Assembly: GCA_001775995.1 (NCBI GenBank)
Contig: MEZH01000016.1
Location: 10,263-51,313 of the forward strand
DNA: 41,051 nucleotides
Direction: 5' to 3'
Source of the DNA: Candidatus Bathyarchaeota archaeon RBG_16_48_13
Lineage (GTDB): Archaea; Thermoproteota; Bathyarchaeia; RBG-16-48-13
The notes under the pieces were generated by a model that saw nothing but the letters and a program-made list of their open reading frames with translations, was not told where the DNA came from and did no database searches. This document shows, in pieces, positions 27,973-36,816 of the stretch. The first letter of the stretch is position 1, and the number at the start of each line of letters is the position of its first letter. A program made the position numbers and the translations under genes.

Positions 27973-29307
27973 ATGGGAAGCGCCGAGGAAGAAGAGAAGA
28001 GTACGATCGATTGCCCCATGAGCTACGCTCTCATCGACGAAAAAGGAGGACAAGTGGCCGCAGGTGAGGGAAAGGGGGCGATCACGAGAGAGTATCTAAC
28101 AATCTCCCCGAAGTTCGGCAACATCCTGCCATTTCACCTGAGGGACATAGACGAGATCATAGTAGAAGGCTATCGAATCAACCTGCCGCTGTTCTCGAGT
28201 GAGAAGCTCATTCTCTCCAATCTGGGCCATTGTTTCGAGGACTTTGCGAGGACCCTTTCATACCTTAGAAACGAGGTGATAATATCGGATCTCCTCATGA
28301 ATGAGACCATCCGAAACCCCGACGTCGAAATGGAGTTCGCTTACCTCGACGAGAAGGGAAATGAAGTTCAGAGGGGCGCCGGAAAGGTTCGCCTCTACGA
28401 GACCGGGTTGCTCGTCATACCCCAAAGGGGCGAGATCCTGCGAGTGCCCTACGGCGATGTCGTTGGCGTCTCGGAGGAGGGCCATGGCGTGAAGATAGGC
28501 ACCGAGTTCGGAGAACAATTCCTCTTTCAGAAGATGGGCGCGGAGTTCGACCCGTTTCTCAGGAAGTTCTCGGATGTCCAGAATGAGCTAAGAGCCAAGG
28601 AGGTTTCCTCGGTCAAGGCGCTCTTCCCTGCGATCGACTCAGTCTCGCTAAGAAGGGTCGCAGCGATCGTGAGGGAAGGAAAGGCTGCCAAGCGAGCGGA
28701 AATTGAAGCCATCAGCCCGAGGCTTTGGCAGGAGCTGGAGAAGAGGATAGCCTCGGCCGGGCTCAACGAATCGTACACATTCCTGAAAGAACTCGGTCGC
28801 CAGGAGAGGATAGCCATAGGATTCAAGCGCGGCCTCATAGGGGACCTGACGGGCGAATACATCTGGTTCCTCGTGCCAATCTACGGTGATAGCGAGAAGG
28901 GCTACGGGAACGCCCTCTGCATGGAGGCGGCCGAGGCGACCGGCGAGGAGGCCTCCGGGAAGGCCACCTACTTCTTCAGGATGGGTAGCAGAAAAGAATA
29001 TTCAGTCCATGAAAACGCTGAGCAGCTCGACATCGGGGCGGACAATCTCATCAAAACGGTGAGCCGGTGCATGCTCGACATCAACTTCCGAAGGGAACCC
29101 ATTTACCTGCAGGATGAGGTGCTGAACGAGCCCGACTACGTCAAGTACAGAGTAGCGGTGCGGAGGATCCCTTCTCTTGGGCTCCTCAGGGAGCTCTTCA
29201 TAGGAAGAGTCATACATTCCTCGCCCGAGCAGTGGAGGAATGATGTAATGGATCTACTCAAGTTCAACATGGCAACGCGAGACGACTCTGTTAAGTGGAG
29301 AAGATAA
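27973..29307 (+). CDS. Hypothetical protein with tandem PH-like beta domains and a helical C-terminus
   Basis: Internal duplication (YALIDEKGGQVAAGEGK versus FAYLDEKGNEVQRGAGK), each followed by a short beta-strand pattern. Confidence 0.7.
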   Translation: MGSAEEEEKSTIDCPMSYALIDEKGGQVAAGEGKGAITREYLTISPKFGNILPFHLRDIDEIIVEGYRINLPLFSSEKLILSNLGHCFEDFARTLSYLRNEVIISDLLMNETIRNPDVEMEFAYLDEKGNEVQRGAGKVRLYETGLLVIPQRGEILRVPYGDVVGVSEEGHGVKIGTEFGEQFLFQKMGAEFDPFLRKFSDVQNELRAKEVSSVKALFPAIDSVSLRRVAAIVREGKAAKRAEIEAISPRLWQELEKRIASAGLNESYTFLKELGRQERIAIGFKRGLIGDLTGEYIWFLVPIYGDSEKGYGNALCMEAAEATGEEASGKATYFFRMGSRKEYSVHENAEQLDIGADNLIKTVSRCMLDINFRREPIYLQDEVLNEPDYVKYRVAVRRIPSLGLLRELFIGRVIHSSPEQWRNDVMDLLKFNMATRDDSVKWRR

Positions 29308-29485
29308 GAACGGTAGCAGGACCATCCTCGTGACCTGATGAGCTGAGAGTTTCCAGGAATCTTCTTCGAATGCTCCAACCAAACTCTCTTCCTGTACATG
29401 TGAAATGTTCCTTCGCACTGCTAAACAATTAGTAGCACAGCCGATAGGCTAGGGACGGCAAAAATAGGGGAAAATGGTTCTTAAC

Positions 29486-29965
29486 TCATCCATGGACTTC
29501 TCGCTTTCTCTCATTCATTCTGTCCACGAGATACTCCCAAAACTTGAACATTTCTGCATCGCCAGACTCCTTGCGCATCTCTGATATCAGGGGTTTGAGA
29601 TCATTCCATGTTGATGGAATGATGCCGCCCCAGAAATCCTGTACAATATCCGGTTCGACCAATTTTCTGTAAACGAGAATCCCTATGCCTTCAAAATAGT
29701 TGCCGAGCATTTTGAGTGAAGTATTTTCGGGTTTCCCAGAGTACCTTTCAAGGTAGTCGCTGTAACTTGAGTACTCGATGGAGCAGACCTGAGTAATTGC
29801 CTCCTGCACCTCTCGGGCGTTCAAGTTGAACCATGGAGACAGCCTGATCAGGCTCTCCGTTTGTCTGATTCTGCCCTGATGCCGAATCTCTAGGATATAG
29901 TAGATTACGCCGGCTAGCACACCCGCAGAAGCAATCGCGATAGAAGCAGTCTGTATGTCGACCAT
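29486..29965 (-). CDS. DUF4760-like protein with N-terminal TM
   Basis: TM IAIASAGVLAGVIYYIL; LGNYFEGIGILV...W..LKP.I...FWEYL. Confidence 0.75.
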   Translation of the reverse strand: MVDIQTASIAIASAGVLAGVIYYILEIRHQGRIRQTESLIRLSPWFNLNAREVQEAITQVCSIEYSSYSDYLERYSGKPENTSLKMLGNYFEGIGILVYRKLVEPDIVQDFWGGIIPSTWNDLKPLISEMRKESGDAEMFKFWEYLVDRMNERKREVHG

Positions 29966-30158
29966 CGTTCCCACCCTAGAGGAAATCTTGGTTCGAGCAA
30001 TCTATAACTTTTCTGCGAACGTGAAATCGGGGCGCGCAGGGGAACCAAAACCCATCAATTTGCCCAAACCTCTACCCCCGTCTGTCTTCTTGGGCAAATG
30101 TTATCTCATGTTTGGGCTCTATTCAAGAGCAACGGACAAGATGTGAGGAGGGATTGAT

Positions 30159-30566
30159 TTGCATTGGATCGATCAGTGGATTGGAGTCGGAGACCTCATT
30201 GACGCTAACTACGTCGCAGAGCTTAGAGAGCAGGACGTTGACTTCATCGTGGACGCAAGAACCCTGTTCGAAAGTGCGCACGTTGGATTTCATCACGAAA
30301 ATCGCCCTGTCCCAAGCAAGATACTCAAAGCCGCGAGGCTTCTTGTTGCCCTATCGGATCTCGACGCGAAGATATTGATACACTGCCTCGAGGGCATCGA
30401 TAGAACGCCATTTCTGGCAATGGTATATGTGAGCAGGAAATATAAGATGAACTACGAAGCTGCCTACAAGTTCGTAGCGGAGAAGAGACCGAGCACTCGC
30501 TACCATTGGGATTGGGTGAAGCTGCTGGAGTCCAACGAAAGTGTAGGTGCTGCGTCGCAAGAGTAG
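30159..30566 (+). CDS. Dual-specificity phosphatase-like protein
   Basis: HCLEGIDRT, an intact CX5R(T) P-loop. Confidence 0.85.
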   Translation: MHWIDQWIGVGDLIDANYVAELREQDVDFIVDARTLFESAHVGFHHENRPVPSKILKAARLLVALSDLDAKILIHCLEGIDRTPFLAMVYVSRKYKMNYEAAYKFVAEKRPSTRYHWDWVKLLESNESVGAASQE

Positions 30567-30805
30567 TCCCTTGGTGTGTTTGGGGAATAATGATTCAGTA
30601 TACTTTGTGTTAATGTGAATTGAGGAAAAACCTTGAGGTGTCCTGGAAAAATCTTTTTAGCATTGGTCGGAGCGCGCACTCTGTTTATGGATTACTGGGT
30701 GGCCTCTTTTTCGGTTCGGCTGAACCAGGCGCGCGCTGGGCAAAGCTTTGGCGATGATGCAGCAAGATGGCAGCAGTGGTGGAATGAACAAACCTGAGAT
30801 CAAGT

Positions 30806-31266
30806 TCATTCCTCCCATCTAACGATCTTTTCTTGTTCCGTAACTCATCTAGACTGCAGCTAAAGCATATTCCGTTGTGGCAGCACACCACTTCACCGCA
30901 TTTTGGGCACCGCCATTTTTCCTCTTGAGCCTTTAGAAACTCTGACATACCATTCTTTTGATAGATTCAAGGTTCTCAATTAGGCTCGTTCGAAAAAGCG
31001 CCCTATACCTCTTGTCAATTCCTTTCAGCCTTTCACAGGGGAAGCTTCCACATTCGTGACAGAACTCCACTCTATTGTTCTGCAGCAATTCGCATCTTTT
31101 CTTAAGAAAGGCACATTTCTTGCCTCTGGGTCTGCAACCCTCGCAGTAAGAGATCCTAATCCCCTTGCTCCGAACATCATGTATTAGAGCGAGGTGTCCG
31201 CAGCAAAACAGCGCAATTCATTCCGCAGGGCGCAACGAATCCTGGAGAGAATCTCTCACTTTGCAT
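30806..31266 (-). pseudogene. DUF3795-family Cys-rich protein interrupted by two or three single-base frameshifts
   Basis: APCGMNCAV / CCGHLA...CEGCRP...CHECGSFPC / KWRCPKCGEVVCCHNGICFSC lie in different frames; shifts at 31205-31208, 30956-30959 and probably 30821-30822. Confidence 0.8.
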
Positions 31267-31473
31267 AAGTACTCAGTAATGGGGTGACATCCTAATCCGT
31301 TTTGCTTACGCTAGCTAGCCAACGTGAACCGCGCGCGCCGAAATGCATTTTATTCTTCCCTTCTACTGGACTTCTTGTCTAGTCCCTTTTTTCCTTTTTC
31401 GCAACATGCCCTACACTACTCTACACGCAGAAGGATTATAACGGGTGCGAGAGATATTACTTGGGATACTAAA

Positions 31474-31860
31474 ATGGGCCCGCTGAGAAAGAAGAATGGG
31501 ATGGACATAGTCAAAATTGTCCTGCTCGCCTCGATCATAATAATGGCTGGAATTTCAGGATTCTTGTATTATAGAACCAACCAAATAAGCTCTCAACTTG
31601 CAAACCTGCAGACTTCGTATGATGAGCTGGAAGCGGCAAGAAATGATCTGCAGAATGAAAAGAACGCCTTACAAGCATCCTTCAACGATTTGCTGAGTCA
31701 AAAGAACGCATTGCAAGCATCCTTCGACAATTTGCTGAGTCAAAAGAACGCTTCGCAGACTTCATATGAGACTTTGCAGTTTCAGTACGCAATTCTGCAA
31801 GCATCCTACAACAGTCTGTATGATGATTATCAAGATCTCCTGGCCAGACTTGTGGATTAG
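31474..31860 (+). CDS. Membrane-anchored coiled-coil protein
   Basis: N-terminal TM followed by 14-aa repeats (KNALQASF..LLSQ); ATG 31474 or 31501. Confidence 0.75.
   Translation: MGPLRKKNGMDIVKIVLLASIIIMAGISGFLYYRTNQISSQLANLQTSYDELEAARNDLQNEKNALQASFNDLLSQKNALQASFDNLLSQKNASQTSYETLQFQYAILQASYNSLYDDYQDLLARLVD
31658..31783 (+). repeat. 42-bp in-frame tandem repeat (two near-identical units and one diverged)
   Basis: AAAAGAACGC recurs at 31658, 31700 and 31742. Confidence 0.9.
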
Positions 31861-32341
31861 ACATCGTATGACAATCAGCGCGCACTTGCCTATAGATAGG
31901 GTATTCAATGCTTTCACGTTGACTCGTTTTTGTCTGTTCTTATTCCGCGCGCGCTGACGAAGTCGCCGTCGTCGCTCCAGTCATCAGAGATGCCGTCCAC
32001 GGGGTTGGGCAAAGCATTCGGCGTGTTGAATATGGGGTGCGACGTATAGCGCGCGCTATGTCATTCCATGGTTGTCAAGGGCTAGGATCGGGTAACGTTG
32101 GGTGGGATCGCTGATGTCTATATCGCTCGAGAAGACCAGGATTTGCGGCTCCTGAGCCGTGATAACACGAACCGTTCCCAAGAGAGAGCATCAACAGAAC
32201 TGCCAGAACAGCTACAGTTGTTTTCCTCATATGAATCAAACCCATTTCTCATTTTCTCAGCGATTACCTTGAGAAATCTTATGCCATGTCCGACGCAACA
32301 AAGCTTAAATGAAATGATTCCCCAGTCGGTTTGAAAGAAAA

Positions 32342-33283
32342 ATGGTTCTAATACCAATTCTGCTCGTCTGCGCCGGTTTGGCTATCATAGTGTTTAGCGC
32401 AGATGAGGCGATAAAGAGAGTTCTGAATTTGGCGAGGTACTTCCGCCTCAGTGAGTTCATCACGAGCTTTGTGATAGCCGGCGTCGTTGCGGTCCTTCCC
32501 GAATTGACCATAGGCGTCGTAGCTGCCCTCGAAGAAACGTCGTCGCTTGGTTTCGGAGTAATTCTGGGCTCAAACGTCGCTGATCTGACATTGGTGATCG
32601 GGGTGGCAGTGTTGTTTGCCGGGAAATTGAAGTTGGAGCCCGACACGGTAAGGCTGATACGCAATTCCTTTCTGGCAGTTATCCTTCCGGTTTTTTTGTT
32701 CTTGGACGGAGAGATATCCCGTGTAGACGGAGTCATTTTGCTGCTCGCTTTTGCGATCTATATCTTCATATTGCTCAGGACTGGTCGTTACGGACACAGT
32801 ATTATGGGTGAGGGAGGAAAAAAGCGATTCACCTTTGAAGTCATTCTTTTGGCAGCGAGTCTGGCGGTTCTGTTCTTCGGCGGAAATCTCGTCGCACACA
32901 ATTCCCGGGAACTGAGTCTGCAGCTCGGCCTGCCTTTATTTCTGGTCGGAGTCGTCGTTGCCGTTGGGACATGCTTTCCTGAGATGCCTTTTGCTATTCG
33001 CGCCTCCAGAAGAAAGCACGGCGAGCTTGGATTGGGCAACATCTTGGGATGCGTCCTTGCAGACTCCATGTTCACCATTGGGGTAGTTGCACTCATACAG
33101 CCCATCAAACCCTTGTACCCCGCCTTTCCACTGTCAACTGCTGGGTTCATGGTTTTCTCAGCAATAATTGTATATGGGCTATCAAGGGACGGCGTATTAG
33201 ATCGAAGAGACGGAACGATCCTGGTTACTGCCTACGGTGTCTTCTTGGCGATGCAGCTAGTGCTCAAAGCACTCAGCATATGA
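32342..33283 (+). CDS. CaCA-family Na+/Ca2+ (YrbG-like) antiporter
   Basis: alpha-1 (VLPEL...ILGSNVAD) and alpha-2 (GTCFPEM...LGNILG) repeats; about 10 TM. Confidence 0.9.
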   Translation: MVLIPILLVCAGLAIIVFSADEAIKRVLNLARYFRLSEFITSFVIAGVVAVLPELTIGVVAALEETSSLGFGVILGSNVADLTLVIGVAVLFAGKLKLEPDTVRLIRNSFLAVILPVFLFLDGEISRVDGVILLLAFAIYIFILLRTGRYGHSIMGEGGKKRFTFEVILLAASLAVLFFGGNLVAHNSRELSLQLGLPLFLVGVVVAVGTCFPEMPFAIRASRRKHGELGLGNILGCVLADSMFTIGVVALIQPIKPLYPAFPLSTAGFMVFSAIIVYGLSRDGVLDRRDGTILVTAYGVFLAMQLVLKALSI

Positions 33284-33450
33284 GAGCTCCAGGTCGTGTT
33301 GAACGGACTTGTCAGGAGGAGCTTCAGGAGAACAAGAACGGAAATAGCGTACTGTGTTGCGATCAAAGGGTCACGGGAGTGCATAATAATCCGAATAACC
33401 AAATACCCGAATCCGATTGAACAAGACCTATAAACGGATTTTTCCAGGAG

Positions 33451-33918
33451 ATGCTTTCGATGGTGCCGAGAATAAGCGTGAGAAGGGCGGAGACCCGAGA
33501 TTTAAGCAGAATCGCTGATTTCAACATGAGAATGGCGGAGGAAACCGAACGGAAAAAACTTAACGCCGAGGACGCACTCAAAGGCGTCGAGGCCGTATTG
33601 AATGATCCCGGCAAGGGGTTCTACCTCGTGGCAGAAAAAGGGAACAGCCGGGAAATAGTCGGTCAACTGTTGGTGACCTTTGAATGGAGCGACTGGAGGA
33701 ACAAGAACGTCTGGTGGATGCAAAGCGTCTTCGTTGAGCCCGAAGCCAGGAACCAAGGAGTCTTCACCCAACTCTACAGGAAACTCGGGGATTTGGCGGA
33801 CTCTGAGGGACGGGTCTGCGGTTTTCGACTCTACGTTAAAAAGAGCAATGTTGCAGCTAAGAGAGTCTATGAATCGATCGGGTTCAGGATGACTTTGTAT
33901 GAGATATACGAGAAGTAA
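33451..33918 (+). CDS. GNAT acetyltransferase
   Basis: EWSDWRN..WMQSVFVEPEARNQGVF; N..AKRVYESIGF. Confidence 0.9.
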   Translation: MLSMVPRISVRRAETRDLSRIADFNMRMAEETERKKLNAEDALKGVEAVLNDPGKGFYLVAEKGNSREIVGQLLVTFEWSDWRNKNVWWMQSVFVEPEARNQGVFTQLYRKLGDLADSEGRVCGFRLYVKKSNVAAKRVYESIGFRMTLYEIYEK

Positions 33919-33942
33919 CACCGCTTTCTGGGCGTAGCGTTC

Positions 33943-34233
33943 TCACAGCCTAGCTTTCATCTTCTTGTAAAGATCGGCACCCTTGGATGATTCCCATATT
34001 GGGAACACTTGGATCTTGGCTATTCGGCCGTACTCAGTCACGAAATGCATTATATCCTCTATGTTATCGGTCTCAAAGATTGTGAATCCTTTGTATCCTC
34101 TTGGCGCATCGGCGATCGTGTGAGGCGGGATCAGAGTCTTAACGACGTGCCTTGCTGACACTCTCTTGTCCCAGATGGCGATGAATCCATCGAGGTCGTC
34201 TTCCGCACACTCAATAAAAGCTATAAATCTCAC
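33943..34233 (-). CDS. DUF3303-like small ferredoxin-fold protein
   Basis: KGFTIFETDN.EDI....YG....QVFPI pattern. Confidence 0.6.
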   Translation of the reverse strand: MRFIAFIECAEDDLDGFIAIWDKRVSARHVVKTLIPPHTIADAPRGYKGFTIFETDNIEDIMHFVTEYGRIAKIQVFPIWESSKGADLYKKMKARL

Positions 34234-34471
34234 TTGGAAACTCCTCCCTGTTGCCTCTTTATGCAGAATCGCAGATATTAGTCTTCACCGTCCGATCTGG
34301 GCGCGACAAAGAAATGGCAGTGACATAATTCCAAGAGGAGATAGGGCAACATACTGTTCATGGCTTCGGAGAGAAAGGAGTGGACGGCTCCAAACCCCGA
34401 GAAAGAACTTAATCCAAACCAAAAACCTTTTCATGCCTCAGGTTTGAAATCACCTTCTGTGGTTTAGTCCG

Positions 34472-35296
34472 ATGAACATTTCAGAGAAGTTGAAGATTGA
34501 CCCGCTGAATTATGCCGCTGGTCTTGAATCACCCATCGGGATCTACATCAGAAGGGAAATCTTCAAACATGAACCCAAGAGCGATGCGGCCCTGAAGAAA
34601 AGACTGTATGACCAAACAGTTGCAGACCAATCTATAGATGGGAGTTGGAGCCAACTATTTGTTCGAACAGCCAACAATCTGTGGAACCTGGCTCTACTTG
34701 GCTGTGAAGCAGAGGAGAAAAGCGTCAAGAAGGCATTAGGATGGCTTCTGTCGATTCAAAAAAGCGAATATCGAGGCCATCCGGGCTTCTTTAGTTCACC
34801 CAACAGAAAAGACCCGAGTCTGATGCGTTCAACAACCTATGGAGAATTCGGACCGGGCTGTTCGATTTTCTATCAAACAACCTATGCAGTGCATTTATTC
34901 CACATTTTCGGTCTTCACAACAACGAGAATGTCCAAACGACCGTAAGATCATATTTGGATTTTTGGAATCCAAGATGGTGTGGAGCATGGTGTACGATCA
35001 ACGTGTTACGTATATTGATAGAGCATCCGCTGAGTGCAGAATCCAAACAAGTCAACAGCGGGCTAGAGCATCTCGCAGGACTGCAAACCAAAACAGGAAC
35101 ATGGAGGGGCTTCCCATTCTACCATACACTCCACGCCCTGTCTAGAACCAGACATACCGTGGCAAAGAAACAACTTGAAAGAGCTTTCCCAATAGTCATC
35201 AGGAGACAAAACAAGGACGGAAGCTGGGGGAGAAAGGAACGCGAGACCGAAACTTTTCTTGTACTAGACTCTCTGAAAAATGCCGGCGTCATGTAA
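34472..35296 (+). CDS. Prenyltransferase / squalene-cyclase-repeat (alpha/alpha toroid) protein
   Basis: QW-type repeats QSIDGSW, QTKTGTW, QNKDGSW. Confidence 0.7.
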   Translation: MNISEKLKIDPLNYAAGLESPIGIYIRREIFKHEPKSDAALKKRLYDQTVADQSIDGSWSQLFVRTANNLWNLALLGCEAEEKSVKKALGWLLSIQKSEYRGHPGFFSSPNRKDPSLMRSTTYGEFGPGCSIFYQTTYAVHLFHIFGLHNNENVQTTVRSYLDFWNPRWCGAWCTINVLRILIEHPLSAESKQVNSGLEHLAGLQTKTGTWRGFPFYHTLHALSRTRHTVAKKQLERAFPIVIRRQNKDGSWGRKERETETFLVLDSLKNAGVM

Positions 35297-35625
35297 GCGC
35301 GCTCGTCTCAACATAACTCGAACGCGCATATTGCCCCCAACGCGCGCATGCTTGGAATAGACGTAGGCAGAACCATCGCCTCATTGATCAGAATGAATTT
35401 TCACTCTATGCTGTGCGTCCATAAGCGTCTTATTAGCTGTCTAAGTACCTCTCAAAAGACTGATGTGCCCAAATATCTGAGATGAGTCTCACGAAGACTG
35501 GACGGAGAATCGACTCTGGGCCGGGCGGTGCATCTTCCCGTCTTGACTGACATGCGGAATGTTTTGCGTAGTAATTGGGAGAAAGTGAGGGAATTCGATA
35601 AGAATAATTCCGTGGCTGTGATCTG

Positions 35626-36060
35626 ATGGTTGAGTATCTTGGAGGGCATCTTGCAGAGTCCGCCTTATCATCAGGATTCCTGGTCGGTCGATGCCCCATG
35701 TGCGGCAACTTGACTGCTCATGATTGCAAGGCATCGCACTATGTACTGAACGACCACATTTTGCCGAAGGAGATCGTCAAGGAGAAGAGCCGCTGCCAAG
35801 TCGCATTGGAGATCGACGACATCAGCGTCGGCCACTGCGACCATTGCGACTATCTCTGGTGCCTAGAGTGCCTCACTCAACTGAACGTTGACGAAGGGGT
35901 TTGCCTCCACTGGGAGGTCTGCGCCGTCTGCAATGAGGAAAGGGGATCGAACAAAGGGGAAGAAGGCGACAATGCGCGTGATGTTGAATGCCCCTACAGG
36001 GACAAATTCGAGTGTCCAAAAATTAGGAGTATGAAAAGCGAAAACAACTCAGAAAAATAG
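35626..36060 (+). CDS. Cys/His-rich hypothetical metal-binding protein
   Basis: CPMC, CDHC, CLEC and CAVC plus further Cys/His residues. Confidence 0.6.
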   Translation: MVEYLGGHLAESALSSGFLVGRCPMCGNLTAHDCKASHYVLNDHILPKEIVKEKSRCQVALEIDDISVGHCDHCDYLWCLECLTQLNVDEGVCLHWEVCAVCNEERGSNKGEEGDNARDVECPYRDKFECPKIRSMKSENNSEK

Positions 36061-36226
36061 AAGAGACTCGAATCAGCGAGTTCAACCTTGCATTTGGACC
36101 GGCTATGGAGAAGTTTCTCTTTCAGCCTTCACTTCTCATGCGGTCTGATGGAACGCCAGAACCAATAACGGGCTTCTTGTGGCAAACCTTAAGGGAGACG
36201 CTTGGGTTAGTAGCTTGGGCTTTGGT

Positions 36227-36532
36227 ATGCCCGCTTTTGTTGTGTGTATCCGTCACACCCCTGAATCTCGCCCCACGTTCAACGAGGATGTCAAGAAGAA
36301 GTTCGGGGCTGTCGTCGGAAAGAGACAGGAGGTCGCTGGGAAGCAGGAAGTCAAGATACTGAGCGCGTACACCTCGACTCTGGATCATCTGGCTTGGTTC
36401 ATACTCGAGGCGCCTTCGCAACAGGCGGTGGAGAATTACTTCACGGAGATAGGCTTCGCGTTCTGGAATAGTGTGGAGATCCGACAGGTCAAACCGGTTG
36501 AGGATGTGAAAAAGAAGGTACCAGGAGAGTAG
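36227..36532 (+). CDS. DUF3303/GYD-like small ferredoxin-fold protein
   Basis: MPAFVVCIRHTPES...HLAWFILEAPS...VEIRQV; ATG 36227 preferred. Confidence 0.65.
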   Translation: MPAFVVCIRHTPESRPTFNEDVKKKFGAVVGKRQEVAGKQEVKILSAYTSTLDHLAWFILEAPSQQAVENYFTEIGFAFWNSVEIRQVKPVEDVKKKVPGE

Positions 36533-36548
36533 AAATCTCAAAATCCTC

Positions 36549-36556
36549 TTTTTTTT
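36549..36556 (+). terminator. Oligo-T archaeal terminator candidate
   Basis: T8 run 16 nt after the stop at 36532. Confidence 0.45.
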
Positions 36557-36816
36557 CTGCACGTGCGTGAGGTGCCTTTCTGGGCGCACGGCTCTTAGGG
36601 GAAAGAGAGAAGAATGTAGTTGGATTTTTTCCTAATTTCGTCCCGCTCATGCGACTTACGTTCAATCCATGGCGGTTTTCTCTTAATATATATTAGAAAA
36701 AGAAAAAAGACAAGAATGCAAATAGGTTTGTGATGCCAAAATCAGCAAGGAGTCATTGGAAATCTCGAACTCTTGAGCTAAAATGACAATGAAACGTTGA
36801 GAGATGGTAGGAACTT

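Larger units (their letters stand above)
3166..35347. repeat. Dispersed palindromic GCGCGC(GC) motif, at least 26 loci, mostly intergenic
   Basis: Manual scan: 3166, 5804, 7435, 9468, 9498, 10193, 13281, 14637, 15169, 16430, 16542, 17340, 20290, 20915, 21395, 23231, 23298, 30032, 30672, 30729, 31331, 31878, 31947, 32049, 35297, 35342. Confidence 0.85.

Noticed and set aside
31861-32341. ORFs 32098-32334 and 32118-32357 in a long intergenic gap
   Set aside because: They overlap each other on opposite strands, have no motifs, and the region carries three GCGCGC sites typical of non-coding DNA here.
3166-35347. Integron-like cassette array with GCGCGC as attC
   Set aside because: Genes lie on both strands, there are no GTTRRRY cores or long attC hairpins, and no integrase; a recombination-scar role is kept only as a hypothesis.
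36684-36695. 12-bp palindrome TAATATATATTA
   Set aside because: An AT-only palindrome, adequately explained as a TATA-like promoter element.
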